A stretch of 64,000 nucleotides of DNA from an uncultured virus (IMG/VR IMGVR_UViG_3300048072_000060) (lineage: Duplodnaviria > Heunggongvirae > Uroviricota > Caudoviricetes), in IMG/VR virus record IMGVR_UViG_3300048072_000060. One strand, given 5' to 3'. The notes beneath the pieces are model-generated. The model was not told where the DNA came from, ran no database searches, and saw nothing but the letters and a program-made list of their open reading frames with translations. This document shows, in pieces, positions 1-8,428 of this stretch. Both the position numbers and the translations under genes were made by a program. The number at the start of each line of letters is the position of its first letter. Position 1 is the first letter of the stretch.

Positions 1-51
1 GCGGCCGGAGTCAAAATCCTCGGCCGCAGTAAGATGTACGGCAGCAAACAT

Positions 52-127
52 GGCCAAGTAGCTCAGTTGGTAGAGCAGCGGATTGAAAATCCGCGTGTCG
101 GTGGTTCGATTCCGCCCTTGGCCACCA
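52..127 (+). tRNA. tRNA-Phe (GAA)
   Basis: 76 nt GGCCAAG...CTTGGCC-A-CCA acceptor stem, D-arm GCTCAGTTGGTAGAGC, anticodon arm GCGGA-TTGAAAA-TCCGC, T-loop GGTTCGATTCC, encoded CCA. Confidence 0.98.
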
Positions 128-132
128 GTATT

Positions 133-169
133 AGACGCCCAACCCTTCTCGGTTGGGCGTTTCCATTTC
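133..169 (+). terminator. Rho-independent terminator after the tRNA
   Basis: 10-bp stem ACGCCCAACC/GGTTGGGCGT, 6-nt loop, followed by TTCCATTT. Confidence 0.75.
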
Positions 170-431
170 TGCTTCCCGCACGACACGCCGTGTTCACGCC
201 CATCCTGCGTGTGCCATGGGTGTGCACGGCCTCGGCCACTGGGTAGCCGGTTCGACTCTCTTTTGCCCTCTGTTCTCTCAAAATCTCCACCAACTCTTTC
301 GCGGTGGCACGCGCAGTCTGCGTTGTTCGTCAAACACTTATGCGCGTGCCATCGGGAGTGGTTTGCTTGCGTGTTTGCACGAGCAGAATTGTCGTGCATC
401 AAACCGCAAGGTGGCGAGGCCAACCCCGGAG

Positions 432-662
432 TCACCCCTTGGGTGGAAACGGGTCGTCGCCGTAGCTGTTGCGCTCACGGATCTGCCCGTCTCGTCCCTG
501 GATGAGCAACTCACTCTGTTGGTTAACGGCGATGCCCCTCGCGCGGCCAATCGCCTCTCGCTGCGTATCATGGATCGATGTGATGCGTTCGTTACCTTCT
601 CCGCGAACACCCCACTGATCACCGCCATTGATGGGTACAACCCATTGGTTCTTTCCGGTCAT
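432..662 (-). CDS. DUF2188-family small protein
   Basis: 76 aa, WVVP..GWGVRGEG..TQREAI..AR..A.NQQSELLIQGRDGQIRERNSYG.DPFPPKG pattern; GGAG RBS. Confidence 0.8.
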   Translation of the reverse strand: MTGKNQWVVPINGGDQWGVRGEGNERITSIHDTQREAIGRARGIAVNQQSELLIQGRDGQIRERNSYGDDPFPPKG

Positions 663-788
663 GTCAAATACTCCAAGAGATGAAAAAAGTACAGGCTCTG
701 GAAATCAGCGCGAGCCTGGGCGCATCGCGTATTGGGCTTATGTCATGAATCTCCTTTCTTGATGTCTGGTTTCATGGGGCCGTAGCGA

Positions 789-1742
789 TCACCCCAACGC
801 ACCTGCTGCGCACGGCATCGAGTACAGCCCTGAACGTTGCTGCGTGACCACGAGCGCACCGTAGGCCGCGTGCTGCGCCTCGGGCTCTGGCTTGCACTTG
901 TCCTTCTGCTTGATCTTGAACAAATCGCTCGGCTTGGCGCTATCCAGACCCGCTCGTTGCATGATCCGTTCCGCCGTCGTGGCTCCCCCTTTGAACGACC
1001 ACAGCGCTGCGAACACCTTGGCCTGACCGTCGGTGAATCGGATCGCAGTGCCATTTCCATCCGGCAGCGTTGCCCATTTGAAGTCCGCCGAGAACGGCCC
1101 GTTCACCGGCGTGGCTGGATCATCAACTACTGGTTTCGTGGATGGTGATGCACTGCCGATAAACGAGATCCCGCCACCGTAGAACGTGAAACGTTCCTCC
1201 AGCGCCAGCCACTCCACGCCAATCCCGAATGGCGATCCACGCGTGGTGCGTGGCCTTGGTGAAATCACGCGGATGTCGCCACTGGGTACCCGCACCCGAT
1301 CCAGCAGTGCGGGCTCTTGCCATACCCGCGTCAGGTCGCGGGCCAACAGCACGGGCGAACGGCGAGCATCGCCAAGCCGCCATACCCCGTCGCCCAGATC
1401 ATCGATGCCGTCGCGACTCTCGATCCCGAGCGCGAGACGCATTTTCTGCCGCAGCCAATCTTCGTCCAGGGTCAGTGCCGCGACGTCGTCGGTCTCGACG
1501 GTGACCGGCCCGCAATCCGGGCAACGGCACACTCGCTCGCCATGACCGTCGCCCCAAACCTGCGCCCGATGCTGCTGGCAGTGGGGACAGAGCACGAATT
1601 GCGGATCCAGCGTCGTCGGTTTGATCGCCTTGCCGAGAATGGACAATGCGCCCGTCTCACGCGGCGAAAGTGTCGCGCGCAGCACCGGCATGCCGCCGGT
1701 GAACAACCGGCAGACCAGGGCCCAGGCATCGTGCCCCGTCAT
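789..1742 (-). CDS. Uncharacterised protein with Zn-ribbon and putative C-terminal winged-helix domain
   Basis: 317 aa ORF; CPHC...CRCPDC; C-terminal FTDGQAKVFAALW...AERIMQRAG...GLYSM resembles OmpR-like wHTH. Confidence 0.7.
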   Translation of the reverse strand: MTGHDAWALVCRLFTGGMPVLRATLSPRETGALSILGKAIKPTTLDPQFVLCPHCQQHRAQVWGDGHGERVCRCPDCGPVTVETDDVAALTLDEDWLRQKMRLALGIESRDGIDDLGDGVWRLGDARRSPVLLARDLTRVWQEPALLDRVRVPSGDIRVISPRPRTTRGSPFGIGVEWLALEERFTFYGGGISFIGSASPSTKPVVDDPATPVNGPFSADFKWATLPDGNGTAIRFTDGQAKVFAALWSFKGGATTAERIMQRAGLDSAKPSDLFKIKQKDKCKPEPEAQHAAYGALVVTQQRSGLYSMPCAAGALG

Positions 1743-1745
1743 CGA

Positions 1746-2981
1746 TCAGTCCTCCAGCACCGGCGACGATTTCATCGCATCCGTTTCCGAAGGAGGCTCC
1801 TGAACGCTCAAGGTCTGGCCCTTCTGCAAAATTCCCACCGCGACCAGATAGCCCTCCAGTTGCGCCTGCATCTTGGCGTCGAACTTATGCAGGTTCAGGC
1901 GCCCCTTGCTGGTCACTTCGATGGTGACCACCTTGGGACGTGTCCTTCCTGGTTCGGGCGGGTAGTACAGATTGACCTGTGCCGCCGTCACTGCCCACTG
2001 GCCTTCCAGCGGGCCGGGCAGCTTCTCCTTCAACAGTTCATGTACGGAGCGTTGCTGGCTGGACTGCATCGCAGTGCAGTCGATCTTCAGTGCGCTGTCC
2101 GGGCTGAGGAGTGTGAGTGCCTTGAGTTGAACCATCGAGAACCCATCTTCGAACGCTTCCTGCACGTCGAAGCCGGTGCGCAGCATCGATAAATCCAAGG
2201 TCGGCGACTTGATCCGGTGTGCGTTTGCTTTGACGCCCAGCACATGCTCGGCGAAGGCCTCGACCAGCATCTGCTGGTATTTCGCGCCGCCCCGCACCAG
2301 AGTCCGCACCACGCCGGTGGCCTTGGCGTACTCAAGCACCATGTGAATATTGGGATTGCCGACGCGGCGCTTCAGGGTCGAGCCCTCGAACTCCAACCTC
2401 AGCATGGCCATGTCCTTAATGTGGACGGACAGTAGGAACACGCCAGGACTGCGCTCGATCAAGTGCGCCTCGCTGCCGTCACCACATTGCAGTTCGCGCT
2501 TGTAGAAGGCCGAGATTGCCTGGCGAAGAGCAACCAGCGCGCTGTCCGCTGTGTTCGGCTGACGTTTCAGGCCCAAGTCGTATTGCTGGGTCTGAGGCCC
2601 GTGGTTTTCCCAGAAGCTAAAATCGTAGGCACGGTCGAACAGTGCCGGATGGTGGACGTAAAGCCAGAACGAGCGGTGAATGTCGCTTTGGCACAGCGTA
2701 AGTCCCACCAGCGCGGCACCGTCTGCTACAACGGCTTCGAACATCGCCTGCTTGCCCGCCGCATCGCCCAACTGGACGCTGGCTAGGAGGTTGGCAGTCA
2801 TCCGGTCGCGGGCGTCGGTGTCGGGCCAGATTTTGACCGCCTCGACCAAGATCTGACTGGTCTCGGGCGTATCGTCCCATGCAAAGCCGTCAGGCACTGG
2901 CAGGCCGTGGGAGGTCAGGAAGTCGCGTATCGTGGTGTCCACCGGCAGCTCGAGCATCACGTCGACAAAGGTCTTCTTCAT
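1746..2981 (-). CDS. Uncharacterised ~411 aa protein, first gene of the leftward operon
   Basis: Long ORF; ATG at 2981 preceded by AGAAAGGA (ORF track starts at 3038); stop 3 nt from next gene. Confidence 0.75.
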   Translation of the reverse strand: MKKTFVDVMLELPVDTTIRDFLTSHGLPVPDGFAWDDTPETSQILVEAVKIWPDTDARDRMTANLLASVQLGDAAGKQAMFEAVVADGAALVGLTLCQSDIHRSFWLYVHHPALFDRAYDFSFWENHGPQTQQYDLGLKRQPNTADSALVALRQAISAFYKRELQCGDGSEAHLIERSPGVFLLSVHIKDMAMLRLEFEGSTLKRRVGNPNIHMVLEYAKATGVVRTLVRGGAKYQQMLVEAFAEHVLGVKANAHRIKSPTLDLSMLRTGFDVQEAFEDGFSMVQLKALTLLSPDSALKIDCTAMQSSQQRSVHELLKEKLPGPLEGQWAVTAAQVNLYYPPEPGRTRPKVVTIEVTSKGRLNLHKFDAKMQAQLEGYLVAVGILQKGQTLSVQEPPSETDAMKSSPVLED

Positions 2982-3101
2982 CTTGTTTATCCTTTCTGGA
3001 TCGGCGTCGGAGGTCTGCGACCGATGTTCGGAATGCACTCGCCAGCGACATGGTTACTGAACACGTACCTCCAATAAGTAAAGCTGCGAGATACAAGCGC
3101 G

Positions 3102-3130
3102 ATTCTGAACCGCAGATTTCCGCTTGTCAA
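3102..3130 (-). promoter_or_regulatory. Sigma70-type promoter for the leftward operon
   Basis: Minus strand TTGACA (3130-3125), 17 nt spacer, CAGAAT (3107-3102). Confidence 0.65.
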
Positions 3131-3145
3131 TCAAATAAGCACATC

Positions 3146-3175
3146 TAGACCTTTCATGTATCACGTGGCTATACT
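3146..3175 (+). promoter_or_regulatory. Divergent sigma70-type promoter for the HTH/peptidase operon
   Basis: TAGACC-N18-TATACT upstream of GAGGAG RBS and ATG 3227. Confidence 0.5.
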
Positions 3176-3226
3176 ATCGGCCTTGCTTTCATTCACTGAT
3201 GGTCTTTCCACTAGAGGAGCACCGCC

Positions 3227-3574
3227 ATGGCTTCGGCGTTAGGAGTACGCCTGCGGCGTTTGCGCGAGGCAAAGAAATTGACTCTGCAGCAGGTCGCCGA
3301 CGCGGCCGGATGTACCAAGGCGTACATCTGGGAACTGGAAATGAAGGATGGCCAACGCCCGTCCGCCGAACGGGTTCAGGCGCTGGCCAAGGTGCTGGGC
3401 GTTACGATGGATGACATCATGGGGGAGCCTATCCAGAAGGTTCCCGAAGCCAGCCTTGAGGATGTGGCCTTCTTCCGCGAGTACGCCGGGATGACCGACG
3501 AGGAGAAGGATCGCTACCGGCAGATGCTCGCTCTTCTGTCCGGCAAGAAAATCGACGCCGAGAAGAAGCCTTGA
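3227..3574 (+). CDS. capH: XRE-family HTH repressor, CapH/ImmR-like
   Basis: 115 aa; LRRLREAKKLTLQQVADAAGCTKAYIWELE HTH; short helical C-terminal domain with FFREY; overlaps the peptidase gene. Confidence 0.75.
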   Translation: MASALGVRLRRLREAKKLTLQQVADAAGCTKAYIWELEMKDGQRPSAERVQALAKVLGVTMDDIMGEPIQKVPEASLEDVAFFREYAGMTDEEKDRYRQMLALLSGKKIDAEKKP

Positions 3575-4500
3575 GTGCCGCGCCGCTCACCCCTTCGACG
3601 ACCGCCGCGCGCATCTGGAAACTCCTGCGTGGAATTTTCGGTAACGAGCTTCCTGTTGCTATTGATCTGGAGGTCGTGCGTGAACTTCTGAACCAGCCAG
3701 CTTTCGGCAAAGGGGCGAGTCTCAAGAAGCCGATGGCGTTCGACGCCGAGAATTTCGAAGGCGCGTTGGTGCGGAATGAAGATCGGCACGAGGAATGGGG
3801 CATTTTCTACAAGCCACGACCGAAGTGCCCTGAACGCGAGCGCTTCACCATCGCACACGAGATGGGACATTTCGTTCTACATCGTGAGGGGAGAGGCCGG
3901 TTCCAGTGCGACAAGGCGGGAATCACCTCCGGTCAGGACGACGGTCGCGACATCGAGCGCGAGGCCAATGCCTTCGCCAGCCAGTTGCTGATGCCGCGCG
4001 ACAATCTGGACAGGCTCCTGGGCGAGCATCGCGAAGTCACGTTTCATCGACTCAGCGAAATCGCACGCACGTTTCGGGTCTCCTTCGAGGCGTTGTGCCT
4101 GCGCTTCATCGAGATCACCGATCAGCGCGCCATCCTGATCCGATGGGACAATGGGTTCCTTGATTACGAGCGACGTAGCAGTAGCGCGCGCAGAACCCGC
4201 GCCGGTTACAAAGTTTCTGGCAAGACCCAGGAACCCGTCGCGGGCTCTATCGCCGCTGACGCTAGCGTCATGCAATGCTTCGACGGCGAAATGCAATCGG
4301 CTGCATTGTGGTGCGCGGAGGAAGCGCCGTACATGAAGCTGCGCGAATTCAAGCACACCTACACGGATCGTGACCGCGTGATTTCGCTTCTACTGCTCGA
4401 AAGCGCCGAGCCGCGCGCATGGGATCGGTCGTGGCAAGACGGCGAGAGTTTCGACAGCTTTGATCAGTTCGTCTCGAACGGGCAGTCGCCGGTTCGTTAG
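3571..4500 (+). CDS. capP: ImmA/IrrE-family Zn metallopeptidase, CapP-like
   Basis: 309 aa; RERFTIAHEMGH (HExxH), Cys in the following loop (FQCD), EREANAFASQLLMP, HTH, C-terminal GAF-like extension. Confidence 0.8.
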   Translation: MSAAPLTPSTTAARIWKLLRGIFGNELPVAIDLEVVRELLNQPAFGKGASLKKPMAFDAENFEGALVRNEDRHEEWGIFYKPRPKCPERERFTIAHEMGHFVLHREGRGRFQCDKAGITSGQDDGRDIEREANAFASQLLMPRDNLDRLLGEHREVTFHRLSEIARTFRVSFEALCLRFIEITDQRAILIRWDNGFLDYERRSSSARRTRAGYKVSGKTQEPVAGSIAADASVMQCFDGEMQSAALWCAEEAPYMKLREFKHTYTDRDRVISLLLLESAEPRAWDRSWQDGESFDSFDQFVSNGQSPVR

Positions 4501-4509
4501 GCTGAAGCG

Positions 4510-5289
4510 ATGACCTTTTCTGTCTGCGACGCACTCGAAGAAAACCCGGCACGTTTCTGTGCGGCACTCGCGGTCGTCCCGACTGTAGACGCCCAGTCGC
4601 GGCTGCCGCAGTTTACGCAGCCATTGGAAACGCACCGGAGCGGAACGATGACGTTCGTGCGATCTGGCGGCAGGAGTTTCGGACTCACCTGCTGGCATGT
4701 TGTCGAGACACTCCGGAAGGTCAATGAAACTGGCAAACATCATCTGCTCAGAACGATGCTGAACGGGTTCTACGTCGTCCATGATCGGTTTATCCAGCCA
4801 TCGCCATCCTTCGGATCAGCATCGCTCGACGTCGCAATCCGAGAACTGCACCCAGACTTCGCTAAGTCCTTGGGAAAGGAGGAGCTTCCTCTTGATGACA
4901 TGCCGGAACTCACAAGCGAAGTCAGATTCGGATATGCAGTGGGGTTTCCTGAGAACTTGAAGCGACGTCTCGAAGAGGATGGCGGCTACCGCATCTCCAT
5001 GCCGCAATGTTCCGTTCTGGCTGAGATCAATCGACAACCCAACCAACGATTCACGTTGTACTCTCAGGTTCGTCGTGAATCCGTAGCGCATGAACAATTC
5101 AGCGGAATGAGCGGCGGCCCAATTTTCTGGAGCGACGAAAATCAGTTCGGGATCTACGGGATCGTATACGAAGGCGATGCCAAATCTTCTTCAGAGGACA
5201 CTGCGGATATCTACGTCTTCGGTGAACTCGCCACCCCAGACACGATTCGCGGTTGGATTAAGGAAGTGCCCGCGCTCGGCTTTCGATAG
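4510..5289 (+). CDS. Trypsin-like serine protease domain protein
   Basis: 259 aa; triad motifs TCWHVV, LDVAI, GMSGGPIF; VGFP motif; no signal peptide evident. Confidence 0.75.
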   Translation: MTFSVCDALEENPARFCAALAVVPTVDAQSRLPQFTQPLETHRSGTMTFVRSGGRSFGLTCWHVVETLRKVNETGKHHLLRTMLNGFYVVHDRFIQPSPSFGSASLDVAIRELHPDFAKSLGKEELPLDDMPELTSEVRFGYAVGFPENLKRRLEEDGGYRISMPQCSVLAEINRQPNQRFTLYSQVRRESVAHEQFSGMSGGPIFWSDENQFGIYGIVYEGDAKSSSEDTADIYVFGELATPDTIRGWIKEVPALGFR

Positions 5290-5378
5290 CTCTCCCGCGC
5301 AATTCCGCTAAATCACGTTACGCGGAGTGCCTCCAGTTTCTAGCATGAGCAGCGTTACCTTATGGAACGCTTGCCATC

Positions 5379-5606
5379 ATGCACAACATCGAACTCATCT
5401 CCATTGACGGGGGAAAACCAATCCCCCGACACGCGCACGAAGAAATCGCCGACTTGCTCGCTGCAGCATTGTTACGCCTGCGCACCAGAAATTCAGCGTC
5501 AGACGATCCAGATAAATCTGGTCATAGAGAACCGGTTTGTCTTGGCTTCTCCCACCCACAGCGCGTGAATGCGAACCCCAATCAGCAAGAAGGAGTTCGC
5601 CCATGA
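5379..5606 (+). CDS. Small hypothetical protein upstream of DUF2924
   Basis: 75 aa ORF, EIADLLAAALLRLR; ATGA overlap with next gene. Confidence 0.55.
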   Translation: MHNIELISIDGGKPIPRHAHEEIADLLAAALLRLRTRNSASDDPDKSGHREPVCLGFSHPQRVNANPNQQEGVRP

Positions 5607-6073
5607 CGACACACGCACCCCTGCCCGATACAGCAACAGTTTCGGCTCGCATCGCTCAACTTTCCCTGTTGCCCATGGACAGCATCTGGGCAATGTGGGA
5701 TGAGCATTTTGATCAGCGACCGAATCACCATCACCGTACCTGGCTGGAGAGCCGACTGGCTTACAAACTTCAGGAGCGGGCTTTCGGCGGTCTCAAGGTA
5801 CCGGTACGGCGCAAACTGGAGAGCATCGGCGAGACCGGAGTGCTGCCCAAGAATCTTCAACGCGAAGCCGATCGCCTCCTGCCGGGCACCATCCTGACGC
5901 GCATCTATGATGATGTCGAACACCATGTTCTGGTGCGCGGCGTGCGTGACTTCGAATACCGGGGGCAGCGTTTCACGAGCCTGACGGCGCTGGCCAAGGT
6001 GATCACCGGATGCCCATGGTCAGGTCCGCTGTTTTTCGGACTCAAGGCGCGCAGTAAGCAGGAGGCACCATGA
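5603..6073 (+). CDS. DUF2924 domain protein
   Basis: RLAYKLQERAFGGL, LLPGTILTR, FEYRGQRFTSLTALAKVITG..WSGPLFFGL; AAGGAG RBS before ATG 5603. Confidence 0.85.
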   Translation: MTTHAPLPDTATVSARIAQLSLLPMDSIWAMWDEHFDQRPNHHHRTWLESRLAYKLQERAFGGLKVPVRRKLESIGETGVLPKNLQREADRLLPGTILTRIYDDVEHHVLVRGVRDFEYRGQRFTSLTALAKVITGCPWSGPLFFGLKARSKQEAP

Positions 6074-7488
6074 GAGCGAACCGCACCATGGCAGCGCCTT
6101 CGCAGCCTATCGTCCCCAAAAAACGCTGCGCCATCTATACGCGAAAGTCCACCGACGAGGGATTGGACCAGGAGTACAACAGCCTGGAAGCGCAGCGGGA
6201 TGCCGGCTTGGCATTTGTCGCCAGCCAGCGTCACGAAGGCTGGGTTGCTGTTGGTGATGGCTACGACGACGGCGGTTACTCCGGCGGCAACTTGGATCGT
6301 CCCGGCCTCAAACGCCTCATGGCCGATATCGAGGCCGGCGAGGTCGATATTGTCGTGGTGTACAAAATCGATCGCTTAACTCGAGCCTTGTCAGACTTTG
6401 CCAAACTGGTCGACGTGTTTGACCGCAACGGCGTGTCGTTCGTCTCTGTCACCCAGCAGTTCAATACCACCACCTCCATGGGGCGGCTCACACTCAACAT
6501 CCTGCTGTCCTTCGCGCAGTTCGAGCGCGAGGTCACCGGCGAGCGTATCCGCGACAAGATCGCCGCGAGCAAGGCCAGAGGCATGTGGATGGGCGGTATG
6601 CCACCACTCGGCTACGACGTCGTCGAGCGAAAGCTGATCGTCAATGCCGCCGAAGCCGAGCTGGTGCGCGGCATCTTCTGCCGATATGCCGAGCATGGTT
6701 CTGCGGCGCAGCTTGTCCGTGAGCTTGCCATCGAAGGCCAGACCACGAAATCCTGGGTCACGCAGGGTGGTCTTCATCGCCCTGGCCGACCGATCGATCA
6801 GCAATACTTGTTCGCCATGCTGCGCAACCGCATCTACCTTGGCGAGATGGTGCACAAGGGCGAGAGTTATCCGGGGCAGCACCACGCGATCGTTTCTCCA
6901 GAACTCTGGAATGCCGCCCACGCTTTCATCGAACGGCGGAAGCAGGGTCCGCGCGAGCATCGCACCGAACACCCAGCATTGCTGGCGGGTCTGTTGTTTG
7001 CACCCGATGGGCAGCGCATGATTCACCATTTCACCAAGAAGAAAAACGGGCGCCTCTACCGCTATTACGTGCCCTACCTGCACAAGCGGCGAAATGCCGG
7101 AGCCACGCTGCAACCAGGGGCTACGGATATGGGTGCGTTGCCCGCAGCCGAAATCGAGGCTGCAGTTCTGGAGCAGATCCACCTGGCCCTACGCTCACCA
7201 GAGATTTTGGTGGCCACGTGGCGTTCGTGCCAGAGGCATGCTGTGGGCGCCGATCTCGATGAAGCTCATGTGGTGATTGCCATGCAACGCATCGGCGCAG
7301 TGTGGGAACAACTCTTTCCGATCGAGCAGCAGCGCATCACCCAACTGCTGATCGAGCGTATCCAACTGCACGGGCAAGGACTGGATATTCTTTGGCGCGA
7401 TGATGGTTGGCTCGGCCTGGGGGCTGACATTGCCTCACACCCCTTGGTCGAGGAGATGAAGGAATCCACAGAGGAGGCGTTCGCATGA
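6070..7488 (+). CDS. Large serine recombinase (integrase)
   Basis: CAIYTRKST catalytic Ser, DDGGYSGG..DRPGL, VVVYKIDRLTR, FAQFERE, PLGY, recombinase domain LRNRIYLG. Confidence 0.95.
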   Translation: MRANRTMAAPSQPIVPKKRCAIYTRKSTDEGLDQEYNSLEAQRDAGLAFVASQRHEGWVAVGDGYDDGGYSGGNLDRPGLKRLMADIEAGEVDIVVVYKIDRLTRALSDFAKLVDVFDRNGVSFVSVTQQFNTTTSMGRLTLNILLSFAQFEREVTGERIRDKIAASKARGMWMGGMPPLGYDVVERKLIVNAAEAELVRGIFCRYAEHGSAAQLVRELAIEGQTTKSWVTQGGLHRPGRPIDQQYLFAMLRNRIYLGEMVHKGESYPGQHHAIVSPELWNAAHAFIERRKQGPREHRTEHPALLAGLLFAPDGQRMIHHFTKKKNGRLYRYYVPYLHKRRNAGATLQPGATDMGALPAAEIEAAVLEQIHLALRSPEILVATWRSCQRHAVGADLDEAHVVIAMQRIGAVWEQLFPIEQQRITQLLIERIQLHGQGLDILWRDDGWLGLGADIASHPLVEEMKESTEEAFA

Positions 7489-7970
7489 GGCAACCAACCA
7501 AACCGGGCATGAAGGCCGACAATCCTCGGCTGCGGATGGTTCGTATCGACATCGGTGGCGATGCACGCAACTACACCACCGGCCAACAGCGGGTGACGGT
7601 AGTACCGCTCACCATCCGCCGCAAGCAGAATCGCAAGGTCATGATTCCGCCGGCCGGTGATGACTCTGTGCTGGGTGCCGGTGGCCACGATTTGCCGATG
7701 ATCAGGATGTTGGGCAAAGCTTTCTACTGGCAGCGCCTGCTCGATGAGGGGCGCTATCCCACCGCGAATGACTTGGCCCGCTCATTGAAGCTCGAGCCTG
7801 GTTGGGTGGCGGAAGTTTTGCGCTTGACCACGCTGGCACCCGACATCATCGAGTCCGTCCTTGAAGGGCGACAGCCCCGTGACCTGAACCTTCATACCTT
7901 GCGCGGTAGGCGTGACCAGCTGCCACGTGACTGGGGTGAGCAACGCAAAGCGCTGGGGTTCGCGAACTGA
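7485..7970 (+). CDS. Recombinase-associated HTH protein
   Basis: 161 aa; KAFYWQRLLDEG..DLARSL..VLRLTTLAPDIIESVLEGRQP; ATGA overlap with recombinase. Confidence 0.7.
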   Translation: MRQPTKPGMKADNPRLRMVRIDIGGDARNYTTGQQRVTVVPLTIRRKQNRKVMIPPAGDDSVLGAGGHDLPMIRMLGKAFYWQRLLDEGRYPTANDLARSLKLEPGWVAEVLRLTTLAPDIIESVLEGRQPRDLNLHTLRGRRDQLPRDWGEQRKALGFAN

Positions 7971-7997
7971 GCCGCTGACGCCAATAAATCTGCCACG

Positions 7998-8030
7998 ACG
8001 GCGAGCCCTGTGCTCGCCGTTTCTGCTTCT
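7998..8030 (+). terminator. Probable terminator of the integration operon
   Basis: 9-bp stem ACGGCGAGC/GCTCGCCGT followed by TTCTGCTTCT. Confidence 0.6.
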
Positions 8031-8041
8031 GCGATCCCGGC

Positions 8042-8098
8042 AATGGCGAACCAGAAGTTTCCTCGTGGTTCGCCATTCCGTCCCTCTTATGTTCGCCA
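8042..8098. promoter_or_regulatory. Operator-like inverted repeat plus a third half-site upstream of the early operon
   Basis: AATGGCGAACCA-N12-TGGTTCGCCATT (8042-8077) and GTTCGCCA at 8091-8098. Confidence 0.55.
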
Positions 8099-8149
8099 CC
8101 GAAATTTTCCAATGACACCTGTTCCTCAACAACGTCATTGGAGGTTTAT

Positions 8150-8428
8150 ATGCCGACACCGGCAAGCAACATCCCTCGATCGACCCATCCGGCGATCAAC
8201 AGCCTGGCACCTGGCGACCGCCGGGTCCTGAACGAAAACGAGCTTGCACAGCGTTGGGGTCTCAGCCCCAAAACTTTGCAGCGCTGGCGCAGCGAAGGTC
8301 GCGGACCTCGCTACCTCAAGTTGTCGAAAAGAGTCAGCTATCCCCTCGAGGCTGTCATCGACTTCGAATATAGCGCGCTGCACGACTCGACCTCCGAGCG
8401 CGTGGCGAAGTCAGGAGGGCAAGCATGA
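8150..8428 (+). CDS. AlpA/excisionase-like HTH protein
   Basis: LNENELAQRWGLSPKTLQRWRSEGRGPRYLKL..RVSY; GGAGG RBS. Confidence 0.85.
   Translation: MPTPASNIPRSTHPAINSLAPGDRRVLNENELAQRWGLSPKTLQRWRSEGRGPRYLKLSKRVSYPLEAVIDFEYSALHDSTSERVAKSGGQA

Noticed and set aside
245..265. GGTTCGACTC resembling a tRNA T-loop
   Set aside because: No complementary T-stem, acceptor or anticodon arm around it
34..683. ORFs overlapping the tRNA and hairpin region (34-246, 63-293, 83-505, 153-683)
   Set aside because: They overlap a tRNA, terminator or the DUF2188-like gene and lack RBS or protein-like composition
432..4500. CBASS operon next to capH/capP
   Set aside because: No nucleotidyltransferase motif or known CBASS effector recognisable in the divergent genes
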